From Phaeosaccion multiseriatum (lineage: Eukaryota; Protista; Ochrophyta, other classes): DNA of 64,000 nucleotides. Below are positions 11,179 to 41,533 of the stretch, piece after piece. Location: assembly GCA_965112735.1 (NCBI GenBank), contig OZ218961.1:620001-684000 (forward strand), read 5' to 3'. The notes beneath the pieces are model-generated. The model searched no databases. It was not told where the DNA came from and was given only the letters and a program-made list of their open reading frames with translations. Every line of letters starts with the position of its first letter. Position 1 is the stretch's first letter. Position numbers and translations under genes: made by a program.

Positions 11179-12272
11179 CTCCTCCTCTCCCCTTCCCTTC
11201 CTCCTTCTCCGCACTCGGATGGATCTCTTCCTCTTGAAGCGGTGATAAGTGACAGTGCTTTGGGAGCTTCCAAATGGCGTGAGTGCTGATGGTGGTGGTG
11301 GTGGTGGTGGTGGTGGATGCGGGGAAAGGGCCGGAGGAGGGTGCTGATGCTGCTGCTGCTTCTTTAGCCCCACTGCGCTTTGAGCCAAAGAGGGAAGTGG
11401 GAAGGGCCCGTCTTTTTATCTTACGGGAATCAACCTCCAAGACTTTTGCGCCGTAACTGCGTGAAGCGGAAGTGGGCCATATATTTATATTATATATACA
11501 TACACACACACACACATATATATATATATGTATATATATATGTATATATGTATGTATGGGCCATATATTTATATCATATATGTATATATACGTATATATA
11601 CGTATATATACCAGCGTGGAGCTCTCACACACACTGGATCGATCGATCCATCCGAGGCTCTTAGGCAAGGCTGCAACCGTTACCGCCCAGGAGGAGCAGG
11701 GGATGACGATGATGGTGATGAGGAGGAGGAGGAGGAGGAGGGGGAGGAGGAGGAGGAGGAGGAGGAGGAGGAGGAGGAGGAGGAGGAAGAGGAGGAGGAG
11801 GAGGAGGAGGAGGAGGAGGAGGAGGAGGAGGAGGAGGAGGAGGAGGAGGAGGAAGAGGAGGAGGAGGAGGAGGAGGAGGAGAAGAAGAAGAAGAAGCACA
11901 GGGGGGAGTATGTGAATGCTTGAGGAGAGCATGGTGGTGGTGGAATGAGAAGACGAGTGGTGGCTTAGTGTGCGCGTGTCTCGCCTTTGAATCTCGACCT
12001 CGAGACAGTTTGATCACTAGGTCAAACCCCCTCAGCAGGCGCAAAAGAAAGAGCTCTGCTGAGCTGCTGCTGACCCAAAAAGCACTATGTAATGTTATAT
12101 AGCCCCAACCCTTTGACAACAAAGCGCAGTTAGCAACAATGCTCAGTTCTTTTAGTTGCGACTGGTGCCCCTCTTTCTGTCCTGTCCTGGTCTTTCTTCC
12201 TCTTTCTCTCTCTGTCTTCTGTGCCGCAAGCCCCCCCCCCTCTCTCCTACTGCGTGTGTGTATGTGAGTGTA

Positions 12273-12310
<38 letters not shown>

Positions 12311-12381
12311 TGTGTATGTGTGTGTGTGTATGTGTGTGTGTATGTGTGTGTGTGTGTATGTGTGTGTGTGTGTATGTGTGT

Positions 12382-12420
<39 letters not shown>

Positions 12421-12467
12421 TGTGTGTGTGCGTGACCACTCTCCTGCTTGGCGTGCTTGCAATAGTC

Positions 12468-30945
<18,478 letters not shown>

Positions 30946-31943
30946 CCTCTGCGCAGCTCAATACTCACAGCCCCTTGCTCCGCCCCTTGCTTGACGGTAG
31001 AAAGGTGCCCCGACCCAACAACGCTGCGGCAAATCCCCTGATTAGCACGTAGGAGACCACCTTCTGTCGCTGCTACCATTGTAAGCGCCGAGCTTCAGCG
31101 ATCGAGTATGCGACCTTGGGTCCTCATTTTGCTCATCTCCTGATGCTGCCAAGCGCAGGTGCACCACAGCAGCGACAGCACAGCCACCGTCAGAAAGACT
31201 CCCAGCGCCAGGTTTCCCCGCTCTGCCTCCACTGCTAGAAGACTACTAAGGAGCGGGAAGAGAGGATGGATCTTGGCTCCCCGCCTGAACCGTTGGGGCT
31301 AAGAAATTGGAGGCGGTATTTTTGGCCATAAGTCAATAAGTGTGCCATACAATTGTACGACACTTCATTTTTCTCCCCTCATACATGTACTCGATCATAC
31401 CAACAGCTCCACCATCACCACCATGCTGTCATTTACTTTTAAGAGCCCTTGGTGTAGGGGAATTGACAGGAAAAGACTCGGGGCAAGTTCTGTTCACTAC
31501 AGTAGAGAAGCAAATCTTGAAGGGAAGGAAAGAAGAGAGGAGCAAGATGAGGAAGTGGTGTATTATTTGTAAATGCTGCCCCCCCCCCCCCCCCCCGAAT
31601 CACCCAGCACCACCTCCAGCACCCCCTACATGTCTCCAATAACACAAAACGTAACGTCTCTCTCCGAATCATCCTCATCCTGCTGGTGGGGAAAGCGGAT
31701 AGCGGCCGGGAGGCACCACACGAGGGTAGGAGCTGTTCCATTCAGAGCTGTCCCTCCCTCTGGTTAGGAGCGTCTCCCCTAGAACTCCGTGTGACTTACG
31801 CCTCTCTCCACCACCCTTCGCAGCGAGCCAACCACGGCCATCCACCCAGACGTCCACTGACCGGTGCTTACTTACTGACTTACTGGCAGATCCTCCCAAT
31901 CAGACAGTACGCATGAGGCAGCTCCACACCAGCAAGCTTGTCA

Positions 31944-32972
31944 TCAATCCTGGCAGTTGCAGGGGTGCCCATTGGCGTGCACCCACTGCTTGATGTCCTC
32001 AAAGGTTTGGTCGTCGATTCCCCATTCCGCACCGCCACCATACTCTTCTTCGTACACTCTGTCCCTGATGACCTGTGGGCACGACCTTTCGCCCCACGCG
32101 CACTGCACTTCCTCCGATCGGAGCCACTTCAGCACAGCAAGGCTCATACCCTCCATGACTGCACGACAGCAGATGTCCGCATCCCAATCGCAGAGGTGGC
32201 GAGCATTGGCGTGGAGGAACTGCAGTACCTCGAGGCGGCCCTCTGCCGCTGCAATTGAAGCCCCACCGCGCCAATCTCCGCCTGCATTCTCCTCCAGCAA
32301 GGCCCTCGTGGGAGGATGTTCGAGAAGCCATGCCACGACGGGGATATGCCCACCGAGACAAGCGTCGTCCCAAGATGCAGCCTCAAATGCTGCATTGCCG
32401 TCCTCCGATAGCAACCACTTGAGCATCTCCAAGTGCCCTTCCCAAGCTGCCTCGCCACTCACGGAGGAGCCGTTGCCGTACCATGGGCACTGCTCCTTGT
32501 CGGGAAGGTCCTCTGAGCGCAGCCACTTGAGCACACTCAAACCATTCCTTCTGTTATGCCTTGTCTCAGAGCAAACCCATTCATCCCAGGGACAGTCCTT
32601 GCCATGGAGGGCCTTGCATACCTCGACGTCTCCGTGCCGGGCAGCGGCCTTGAAGAGCCCCACACTTAGCTCGAGGCCCTGCTGACTTGTCGCCCAGGTC
32701 ATACACTCCACCGAGCCAACCACGGATGAATAGGCTGTCACCGCTGCTGGATACAAAGCGGCATAGCGGGCCTTCCACTGCTTACTCACACGTGCCACGA
32801 AGCAGAAGTGCCCCTTTCCCAAGACCCCTAAGATGACGCGGAACAGTTCGGGCTTTGCCAAGGCCTCGTGACAAGCTTCAAATGATGGCATACTCCCTCC
32901 TCCTGCTGCGCATGAAGCAGCAGCAGAACTGGCACCACCATCCGTCGCTGCTGCTGCTGAAGACCGTCTCAT
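31944..32972 (-). CDS. F-box-like/ankyrin-like repeat protein, family copy 2
   Basis: Same motifs, from FEACHEALAKPELFRVIL to WVHANGHPCNCQD; first in-frame ATG at 32972. Confidence 0.85.
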   Translation of the reverse strand: MRRSSAAAATDGGASSAAASCAAGGGSMPSFEACHEALAKPELFRVILGVLGKGHFCFVARVSKQWKARYAALYPAAVTAYSSVVGSVECMTWATSQQGLELSVGLFKAAARHGDVEVCKALHGKDCPWDEWVCSETRHNRRNGLSVLKWLRSEDLPDKEQCPWYGNGSSVSGEAAWEGHLEMLKWLLSEDGNAAFEAASWDDACLGGHIPVVAWLLEHPPTRALLEENAGGDWRGGASIAAAEGRLEVLQFLHANARHLCDWDADICCRAVMEGMSLAVLKWLRSEEVQCAWGERSCPQVIRDRVYEEEYGGGAEWGIDDQTFEDIKQWVHANGHPCNCQD

Positions 32973-33469
32973 CCTCCTCCCATGTGTATGTTCACGCCCC
33001 ACTGTCCCTGTGCCCCAATGCCCTTCCCCGCTGCAATCTCGTATCCATTGCGTGCTCAGCCAGATGAAACTTTGGAAATGGAAAGGGGGGAAATGCAGCA
33101 GCCAGGAGAGGGAGCAGCAGCATCAGCAGCATCAGCCAGCAACAGCAGCAGTGGTAAGAGAAAGCAGAGGCAGGGAGAAGAAGACAGATGAGCCGGCGTG
33201 GGAGGGAAGTCAGCAGCTGTGAGGCCACAGAAGGGGAAAGGGTGTCCTTCAGCCAACTTTTTCCACAAAATGAAAAATGTGAGCACTCACGCTAGAGAGA
33301 ACTTACCAGCAGCAGCAAGAAGAATAAGAGCTTTCTTCCCCTGCCTGTTTCTGTCAGTATCTCCCCCTGCTGGATGCTGTATGGGCATTTTTTCTTTCCT
33401 TCGAATCAATCAACCTCGTACTGTAAGAATTACGTAACATTTTTTATTCCCCCCCCCCCCCTCGGTTAT

Positions 33470-33632
33470 CTGATTACTGATTATGTTTACATTACGGCCG
33501 GCGCAGCCGGCCTGATTACTGATTATGGCCGGCGCCAGCCGGGTCTGATTACTGATTATGACCGGCGCCAGCCGGCCTGATTACTGATTATTGGTGGTGC
33601 CAGCCGGCCTGATTACTGATTATGGCCGGCGC
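33470..33632. repeat. Five copies of CTGATTACTGATTAT separated by GC-rich hairpin-forming linkers (about 32-bp period)
   Basis: Core at 33470, 33512, 33545, 33577 and 33609; linker consensus GGCCGGC-GCCA-GCCGGCC. Confidence 0.9.
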
Positions 33633-34095
33633 ACACTGTAACCTTGTCCAGGGTCGACAAGGGCAGGCAGTGACGACCCTTCCCGGAACAGCTCTCAGTA
33701 GCCACCTAGTGGCCTACCGCTCACTCCAAGTTCTTGGATGAACAAATGTCGAGGCGTGTAGTATCGAGCCCCTCGGGTGGCCCTGAGAAGCGAAGCCTTC
33801 TTCAAGATAGCGTCACTCGACTGCTGACAGCAATGCACCCCTCTAATGTGATCCCATGAAGCCAACCAAACCCCCACTGCCACTGACCGAGCCCTTGACA
33901 GTAACAAATGTACGATAGTGGCACTGGATGCATGTCACCTCATGTATCACGACGCGTCAACAGCCGTATTTGAGTGCCTCTCACCACTCCTCTTCACCAC
34001 TCTCAGGCGTTTCATTGCAGTACTCAGTACTCAATGAATAACTCCTCCTCGTCCTCCACCCCCTCCCCTCGTCCACCTCAAGGCCCTCACACACG

Positions 34096-35259
34096 TCAGC
34101 GGGGAGCTTGCATCTTCCCCCCCACAGAAAGTCGCTCCAGACCTGCAGGAAGATCCGATAGGGGCTGCGTGTACCTCCTCCCCAGGTTCAGAGTCCGAAG
34201 AGAGGCAGGAAGTGTCAGTGGTTGATTGAACTGAGAGCACATTGCAAAAGACACCCCTCGTAGCAATGAGGGAAGGGCTAAGGGGTGATCAAACTGCTCG
34301 CCCATGTATAGCTCCTCCAGAGAGCTGGGCAGACGCACATCAGCCTGATCGAACAAATCGCCACAGGTAATCTTCCTTAGCGAAGAGGGAAGAGGTGTGC
34401 ACTGGTTATACTCGCACCCGAAACAGACCTCCTGAAGCGACGAGGGAAGGGCATTGGCCTGATTGTAGTCCCAGCCAAAGGTCACCTCCTGAAGATTACC
34501 GGGAAAGGTTGTATCCTCTTGATTGAACGAGTCTCCGAAGACAATCGTACGCAGTAATGGAGGGAGTTTGAGAGGCCGATTGAAGCTGGAGCACCCATGG
34601 AAGGTCAACTCCCGTAAGTTTGGCGGGAGCTTCACATCCCCCTCAAAAGCTTCCCCAAAATGCACGCTCTCCAGCCAGTCAGGAAGAGCCACCTCAGGTG
34701 CGTTGAAGTAGTGCCCCAGGCAAACACGCTTCACCGAGGGAGGGAGCACTCTCAGTGCGTCCTGGACAAGGGCAATGTCTGCCGTCTTCGCTTCATCAGA
34801 CGGCGCGGGATACTGTTGAGTGCGCCCCAGCGTTACTGCGGTGACGCGGAAGCCACGAATATCCGCCCCCCGTCCCTGTCGGCGCTTCTTCTCTCCTCCC
34901 TCCTGGGCGCAGCCTTGGATCCTTTGTTCTCCTACAAAAAAATCGGGTACAAGCTCCTGGTGCTGCTCCTCCTGCTGTTGCTGCCCCCCAGCCATGGTAG
35001 GAGTCTCTGGGGCCATGTGTGGGAGTCTATGCTCAAGCTGAAGATGCTGCTGCAGCTGGTGCTCGAGCATCCCAAGTACTCGCTGCTGGACAGCTTGAGG
35101 CATGTCACCGTGTATGGAAAGCCGCCGCCCGGCTACAAGATCCACCTCTCTACAGAGCCCCCACAGGCTCTGGCCACAGCCATTGCGCAGGCCCTGATCA
35201 CAGAGGTTGCATGCAACTATCTTCAGCAGCTCTAGCCCCTTGTCTACACAACCTTGCAT
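34096..35259 (-). CDS. FNIP-repeat (leucine-rich-repeat-like) protein, single exon
   Basis: About ten roughly 22-aa repeats of the form FNQP...LP.SL..L.FG.. (e.g. FNRPLKLPPLLRTIVFGDS, YNQANALPSSLQEVCFGCE, FNQPLTLPASLRTLNLGRR). Confidence 0.88.
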   Translation of the reverse strand: MQGCVDKGLELLKIVACNLCDQGLRNGCGQSLWGLCREVDLVAGRRLSIHGDMPQAVQQRVLGMLEHQLQQHLQLEHRLPHMAPETPTMAGGQQQQEEQHQELVPDFFVGEQRIQGCAQEGGEKKRRQGRGADIRGFRVTAVTLGRTQQYPAPSDEAKTADIALVQDALRVLPPSVKRVCLGHYFNAPEVALPDWLESVHFGEAFEGDVKLPPNLRELTFHGCSSFNRPLKLPPLLRTIVFGDSFNQEDTTFPGNLQEVTFGWDYNQANALPSSLQEVCFGCEYNQCTPLPSSLRKITCGDLFDQADVRLPSSLEELYMGEQFDHPLALPSLLRGVSFAMCSQFNQPLTLPASLRTLNLGRRYTQPLSDLPAGLERLSVGGKMQAPR

Positions 35260-35512
35260 CCTTCACATTATTATTTTTTCCTTTTTTCTGTTCAAGGTCG
35301 AAAAAAAGGCCCTGTCCTAGGCAAGGCCCCCGGGGGATTTGCAAGAGCTGGGACCGCCTGGAGTCCCCCACCGATCTCCGTGTGTCCCTCTCCTTGCGCT
35401 TCTCCCACCCGCGACGACCCAACTCGAGTGATATACACATAGTGTTGGTTTACGGGAAGCTCGCCCGGTCTTGTACAACAGCCAGACTTCATTAGCACAA
35501 CCTGAGAATCAG

Positions 35513-36527
35513 ATGGGAGATGTTGTAGCTGCTGCGACGCCGGCGGCAGCAGAGGCTGTGGTGGAGCTGAAGGTGAAGGTGGAGGTGGAGGTGAAGGTGG
35601 AGGAGGCAAAGGTGGCGGGAGAGGCGGCCGTGGTGGAAAGTGCAGCACCTGCGGCGGATGTCAAGAGTGAGGAGGAGCCCTCGCCGGAGCTGATGGAGAA
35701 GATCACCAAGCTGCTGGAGTTTTACTTCGGCAACGCCAACTTTCGCAGAGATAGATTCCTCAAGTCCGAGGCTGCAAAGGACCCGAAGGTGAGAGGCCAG
35801 GGTCTGTAGTTCTCTCGCTCTCTCCCTCTTCTCTCTCGCTCTCACCCTCTCTTCCCTTCACCTCTCTCCCCCTCCTCTCGCTCTCACTCACTCTTCCCTC
35901 CGCCATTCTCCCGCTCTACACCCCCCCCCCTCTCCGAATCCCTATCCCCGCCTCCCCTCTCATTTTCGCTCTCTCCTGTCCGTCCCTCTCCATGTCGGAA
36001 TCTCTCTGTGTCTGTCTGTCGGTCGGCCCGTCTGTCTCACCCACTCCACGACGTACGATCCTGCTACCACATCTCCTCTCTCCCCCCCTAATGTGTTTCC
36101 ACAGGGCATGGTAGCTATCAAGGTGCTGCTAACCTTTAACAAGCTGAAGTCATTCACCACGAACGCTGCCACAGTGGCAGCAGCAGCCGAGGCCAGCGCT
36201 GCTTTGACCGTCAGCGAAGACAAAGCCAAGATAGGTCGGGCCACCCCTTTACCCGAGACAGACGACAGCGACGACCGAACCGTCTTCGTGCGAGGCTTGG
36301 GCAACGACCCCAAGAAGGTCACCATTGATGCAGTGATAGAGCTCTTTAAGGACTGTGGCACTGTGGCTCTCGTCAGGCTACATCGCCACAGCAAGGTGAG
36401 AGCCCCGAGAGAGCGAGACGGGAGGAAGAGTCGTGTGGTTGTGTGGGTGTTGCGTGAATCATGTCTGCGTGTCCTGTGGTGCTGTGTCAATTGCTCTCTT
36501 CTCACTCTTCTCTTCTCTTTCTTTCTG

Positions 36528-36572
<45 letters not shown>

Positions 36573-37356
36573 TTCTCTTGTCCCCCTCACTCTCCCGCTC
36601 TCTCCCCCGTCTCTTTCCTTCTGGCTCTGGGCGGGGCAGAGCGACCACGGGGGAAGCCACGACAAAGAGGGAAAGCTTAAGGGCTCATGTTATATTGAGT
36701 TTGAGACCAAGGAGGGTGCGGCGGCCGCGGTGGCGGGCAAGGACGACATCAAGTGGCACGGGAAGAAGCTGGACAAAATCGAGTCTCTCGCAGATCACAA
36801 GAAGGAAGCTGCGGAGAGGGAGGCCGAGTATAAGAAGAAGGTAGCGGAGAAAGAGGAGAAGAAGAAGAGTGCAGCAGCAGAAGGAGGAGGAGATGGGGTC
36901 AAGAAGGAAGGCGGGGAGGAAGGAGGAGCAGCAGTAGAAGGAGCAGCAGCGGAGACCAAGGACCCCGTCTTTGAGAAGGGAAATCTCGTAGCCTTTGCTG
37001 GGTGCGGGAAGGAATCGAGCTGGAAGGATATCAAAGAGACACTGGGCAAGTTCGGTAAGGTGGGCTTCGTGCAGTACACGGACGGAGACGATAAGGGCAT
37101 TGTGCGGATGAACAGCCCAGAGGATGCCAAGGTGATGGTGGAAGGTGTGGCCAAGGCGGAGGAGGGGCTCACAATTGGGGGCGAGAAGGTGACTGTGAGT
37201 ATTGTCGAAGGAGACGCGGAGATGGAGTTCTACAGGGCGCGTGACTTGGCCAAAGCAGCCTCTGGGGATCGGGATCATCGAGGAGGGGCCCAGAAGAGGC
37301 GGGGAGGGGGAGGGGGAGGGCGAGGGAGGGGAAACAAGAGGCAGAAGACCGGATGA
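35513..37356 (+). CDS. SSB: La protein (SSB): La motif + RRM1 + RRM2; exons 35513-35788, 36105-36395, 36640-37356
   Basis: La motif KITKLLEFYFGNANFRRDRFL..GMVAIKVLLTFNKLK; RRM1 RTVFVRGL and KGSCYIEF; second RRM WKDIKETLGKFGKVGFVQY..GIVRM; basic RG-rich tail. Confidence 0.92.
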
Positions 37357-37706
37357 TGGGAAGAGAGAGGGAGAGAGTGGGAGGTGGAAGGGAAAGGGGG
37401 CGGGGGAGGACAAAAGACCTTGCCACGAGGTTAGTTTTTGTAGGTTCAGGATAGCAGACGAGGTCTCCCACCGGTCTTCTTTTTTTTTTTGGGTGGAAGA
37501 GACGCAGCGAGACTGTGTGACTGGCCAGCGTAGGGTAGGGCAGGAAGAAGGTGGTGGTGTGTTGGCTCTGCTGCCCGCCGATATGATGCTCAGCAAAGGT
37601 TAACAGCGCTCATACTCTTGTTATTGGTGTCCCCCATCTCGCCCTGTGTGGCACACTCACAGCACTCACTGCTGTGGAGCTCAAGCACATCGAGCGAGGA
37701 GGGTAG

Positions 37707-37742
<36 letters not shown>

Positions 37743-38211
37743 CTTTGGAGCTATCCTTCCAGGGAGGTGCGTCTCCCTTACCCGCACTTATGCTATGCAA
37801 CTCTCCAGGCTGCCAACGAGTGGACGCTGATGCCTTTCCTCGGGCACCCCCTCAGGCCACCGTTGACGGCCCTCCATCTTCTTCACTCAATATCAGTCAG
37901 ACAGGCCATCGAAGGTGTTTTACTCCCTCGCTCAATCAATCTCAGTCCGACACTGCTCGCTATCTGCCTTGATTGACGCCTGCCACGAGTATGAGAGCAT
38001 CCATACAAAACGAGAGTGATATCCCAATGTGACTGCATATCTACGCCTTCTCTCGTCGAAGCGAGCCAACCCCAGCAGTCCATGCAGCTGTCCACTGACC
38101 TGGGCGTTTCCCCACAGCATTCTGCCAGTAAGCCAGCCAAAGCACTGCCGCACTCTGTATCATCTGCTTCCTCTCTCTCTATCTATCTCTCTCTGTCTCT
38201 CTCTCTCTCTC

Positions 38212-39270
38212 TCAGTCCTGGCAGTTGCAGGGATGCCCATTGGCATGCACCCACTGCTTTATCTCTTCAAAGACTTTGGCGTCGATGTCCCACTCCTGAT
38301 CTTCCAACACGCTGTCCCTGATGACCTGTGGGCACGACTTTTCGTCCCACGCACACTGCACTTCCTCCGATCGGAGCCATTTCAGCGCAAGACCCTCACC
38401 GTACATGACTGCCAACAGACAGACCTCCTGGTCCCAACTACAGAGGTGGCGAGCATTGGTGTGGAGGAGCTGCAGTACCTCCACCTGACCTCCGAGGGCA
38501 GCGTGTTCAGCCGCACTGCGCCAACTGTCGTACTCACAATGTGGATTCTCTTCCAGCACGGCTCTCGTGGGAGGATACTCGAGAAGCCATTTCACGACGG
38601 GGACATGCCCGCTTGCACATGCGGAAGCCCAACAGCAGAGCTTAAATTCTGGGCCTACAACGTCCGACAACAGCCACTTGAGCATCTCCAAGTGCCCTGT
38701 TGTTGCCGCCTGCGTACACATGACGGAGCCGTTACCGTACCATGGGCACTGCTCCTTGTCGGGAAGGTTCTCCGAGCGCAGCCACTTCAGTATGCTCAGG
38801 CCATGCTTGCTGTTACGCGCTGTTGCGTGAATCACTTCTTCACCCCAGGGACAGTCCTTGCCATGGAGGGCCTTGCATACCTCTACATCACCGTACCGAG
38901 CAGCGGCCTTGAAGAGCCCCACACTTAGCTCGAGGCCCTGCTGACTCGTCACCCAATTCACGCACTCCACTGAGCTGACCACAGACGAGAACGCTGTCTC
39001 CACTGCTGGATACAAAGCGGTGTAGCTGGCCTTCCACTCCTCACACACACTTACCACGAAGCAGAAATGCCCCTTTCCATCGTGCTCCAAGATGGCGCTG
39101 AGCAGCTCGGGCTGTGCCAACACCTCGTGGCAAGCTTCAAAGCGCAGCGCATTCCTTCCTTGATTTGAAGCAGTAGAGCTGCCACCACCACGAGTCGCTG
39201 CTGCTGCTAGAGGCCGTATCCTCCTCCTTCTTCCCCCCTGCTGCGTAGACTCACGCAACCCGATATTCAT
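38212..39270 (-). CDS. F-box-like/ankyrin-like repeat protein, family copy 3
   Basis: Same family motifs; ATG at 39270, TGA at 38212-38214. Confidence 0.85.
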   Translation of the reverse strand: MNIGLRESTQQGGRRRRIRPLAAAATRGGGSSTASNQGRNALRFEACHEVLAQPELLSAILEHDGKGHFCFVVSVCEEWKASYTALYPAVETAFSSVVSSVECVNWVTSQQGLELSVGLFKAAARYGDVEVCKALHGKDCPWGEEVIHATARNSKHGLSILKWLRSENLPDKEQCPWYGNGSVMCTQAATTGHLEMLKWLLSDVVGPEFKLCCWASACASGHVPVVKWLLEYPPTRAVLEENPHCEYDSWRSAAEHAALGGQVEVLQLLHTNARHLCSWDQEVCLLAVMYGEGLALKWLRSEEVQCAWDEKSCPQVIRDSVLEDQEWDIDAKVFEEIKQWVHANGHPCNCQD

Positions 39271-39695
39271 TTGAAAGTTTGAAAGTGGCAAGCAAGCTCA
39301 AGCAAGTTCGCGGCCTCCTCATCCAGAGTCACAAATGGTTGTAACGTACTCCCCCCCCCTTTTTTTTCCCTTGTGACTTCGATTACTTGCATTATATTAT
39401 ACAATGGGGTTACTTCCAACAGGGGCAGAGGGGCAGGAAGGCCCCAATGTCTGCCGTGCTGGACACAAACTAGTACAGATTGTGGAAGCCAAGGCCTACC
39501 CACCCACCCATGCACACACGCACACACGCACGCACGCACACACTCCCTCTCCTCCCTCGCTAAACCAGGTCTACTCAACGCAACAACGAATAGCCACTCC
39601 ATGAAAGGCGTTACAGTTACAGCAGTGAGAAATAGCGACCAACTCCCCGCATCAAAACTTTTATGAAACTTTCACTCCAACTCAAACCCCAACCC

Positions 39696-41533
39696 TCAGT
39701 CGGCCGAGGCGCCGTCCTTCTCCTGGTAGAAGGGATGGTCGGTGTAACCCTCGGCGCCCCCCCCGTACCAAGTTGCCACGCTGGAGGTGGGGTTCAGAGG
39801 CCACCCATTTCTGAAACGCTCGGGAAGGTCTGGGTTGTCAAGGTAGTGCCGACCGAAGGTGATCATGTCACAGGCTCCACTGCCCACTGCACCGTCGGCC
39901 GCATCCTTGTTGTATCCTGTGCTGCCCATCAGCACTCCCTTGAACAAAACTCGGGCGTCGCAGAGTGTAAAGACGGGGCACTTCCCGTGGTAGCCGAAGC
40001 CGAGGCCGTCCATCACGTGCACGTAGCCAATGCCCAGGGCCTCGCACTGGGCAATGCTGTACTTGAAGGTTTCGGTGTTGTCTTCCGACCCCATGCCGTT
40101 GAACACTCCGTTGGGGCTGAAACGCACGCCCACGTGCGTCTTGTCATACACCTCCGACACCGCCGTGAGCACCTCCCCCAACAGCCGGAAGCGGTTCTCG
40201 TTGCTGCCTCCATAGTTGTCGGTACGTGTATTGGAACAGCTCTGCAGGAACTGGTCCAGGAGATACCCGTTGGCCGCGTGGACCTCCACCATGTCAAACC
40301 CGGCGCGCTTGGCCCTCTCCGCCGCCTGCTTGTACGACTCCACCACTCCGGGCAGCTCCGACAGCTCCAGAGCGCGGGGCACCTCGTGATCGGCGTGCTC
40401 TCCCCCCTCCGCATGTACGTAGCCCCCCTCGATGGCGATGGCACTGGGTCCTACGATACTCTCACCCTCCGGCATGTAGGAGCTGTGCGAGGCGCGTCCA
40501 GTGTGCCAGAGCTGGCAGCAGATCAGCCCGCCCTTGTCATGCACGGCGTCCACCACCTTCCATGGAGGAGGGAGGGAAGGGGAGGATATCAGGGGAGAGA
40601 AGGGGAGCGCGAAATTCATATTGCTTGGGCTTGGGCTCGCCCGCCGGGGGTGGCGATCGGGTGGCCGGCGCCATTTTCAAACTACACCAACGGGGGAGGG
40701 GGGAGGTGGCGCCTCTTTCAAAACCCTGCACGATGGGTAAGGGGAAGGGGAAGAAGGAGAAGCCCCGCAAAACCAGGGAACAAAAAGATGCCTACAATGC
40801 AAGATTACAGAGGCATACGAAGACCTGCCCGACCTGCAAGAAGAGAAAGACGGTTGCGTACAAGCAACAGTGCTGGAAGTGCTCCGACCCCGAAAAGGAA
40901 TCGTCGCGTGCGCTCTGCCCAGGGCGGACGGCTGAGGGATGCCCTTACCTTCTTCCACGCCTCGCACTGCTCCTCCGTCTCAATGCCGGCCGACCCTGAC
41001 CACCCGTGCCCATGAGGGGAGAAGGATGTTGCCTCCGTGATGACGAGTCCTCCGCTGGAGCGCTGGGTGTAGTACTCAACCATGAGGTCGTTGGGGACAC
41101 GCGTGGGCCCGGCGCGCCCTGCGATTGGTGGATTGGTTTGATGATTGCACGGTGGTTCAGAGAGGGAAGGAGTACGAGAACAAAGGAGAAGTGAGAGAGT
41201 GTTCAGAGGGGGGAGAGAGGGACGAATGCACAGAGAAGAAGAGGAAGGAGGCGGAAGAAGGAAGAAGAAAAAAGGAAGGAAGAAGAAGAAAAAAAGGAAT
41301 GAGAGGAAGAGAAAGACGAGGAATCGAGAAGGCCGAGGAAAGAAGGAGAAGGGCAAGGGGTGCAGGCAGAATGGGGAGGATAGACACACCCAAACCCACC
41401 AACACGTACCCACCCACCACTAACCTCGAGTCAGCGGCGCCAGCACAACCCTGTTCTTGAAAGTGAGGCCCTTCGGCCGGCCTTCCAGGGGCTTCATCAG
41501 GTTGTCGGGCGAGCGCACTGGTCCAAGTTCCAT
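39696..41533 (-). CDS. Old Yellow Enzyme (NADH:flavin oxidoreductase, NemA/OPR-like); exons 41533-41425, 41118-40949, 40556-39696
   Basis: KNRVVLAPLTRGRA, YYTQRSSGGLVITEAT, QLWHTGRASH, catalytic HAANGYLLDQFL, RTDNYGGSNENRFR, FGRHYLDNPDLPERF, GYTDHPF. Confidence 0.94.

Noticed and set aside
33470-33632. CRISPR array
   Set aside because: The 15-bp core is too short, the linkers are near-identical rather than unique spacers, no cas genes are present, and the context is eukaryotic.
39663-41015. 450-aa plus-strand ORF
   Set aside because: Antisense shadow of the GC-rich OYE exon, with no recognisable motifs.
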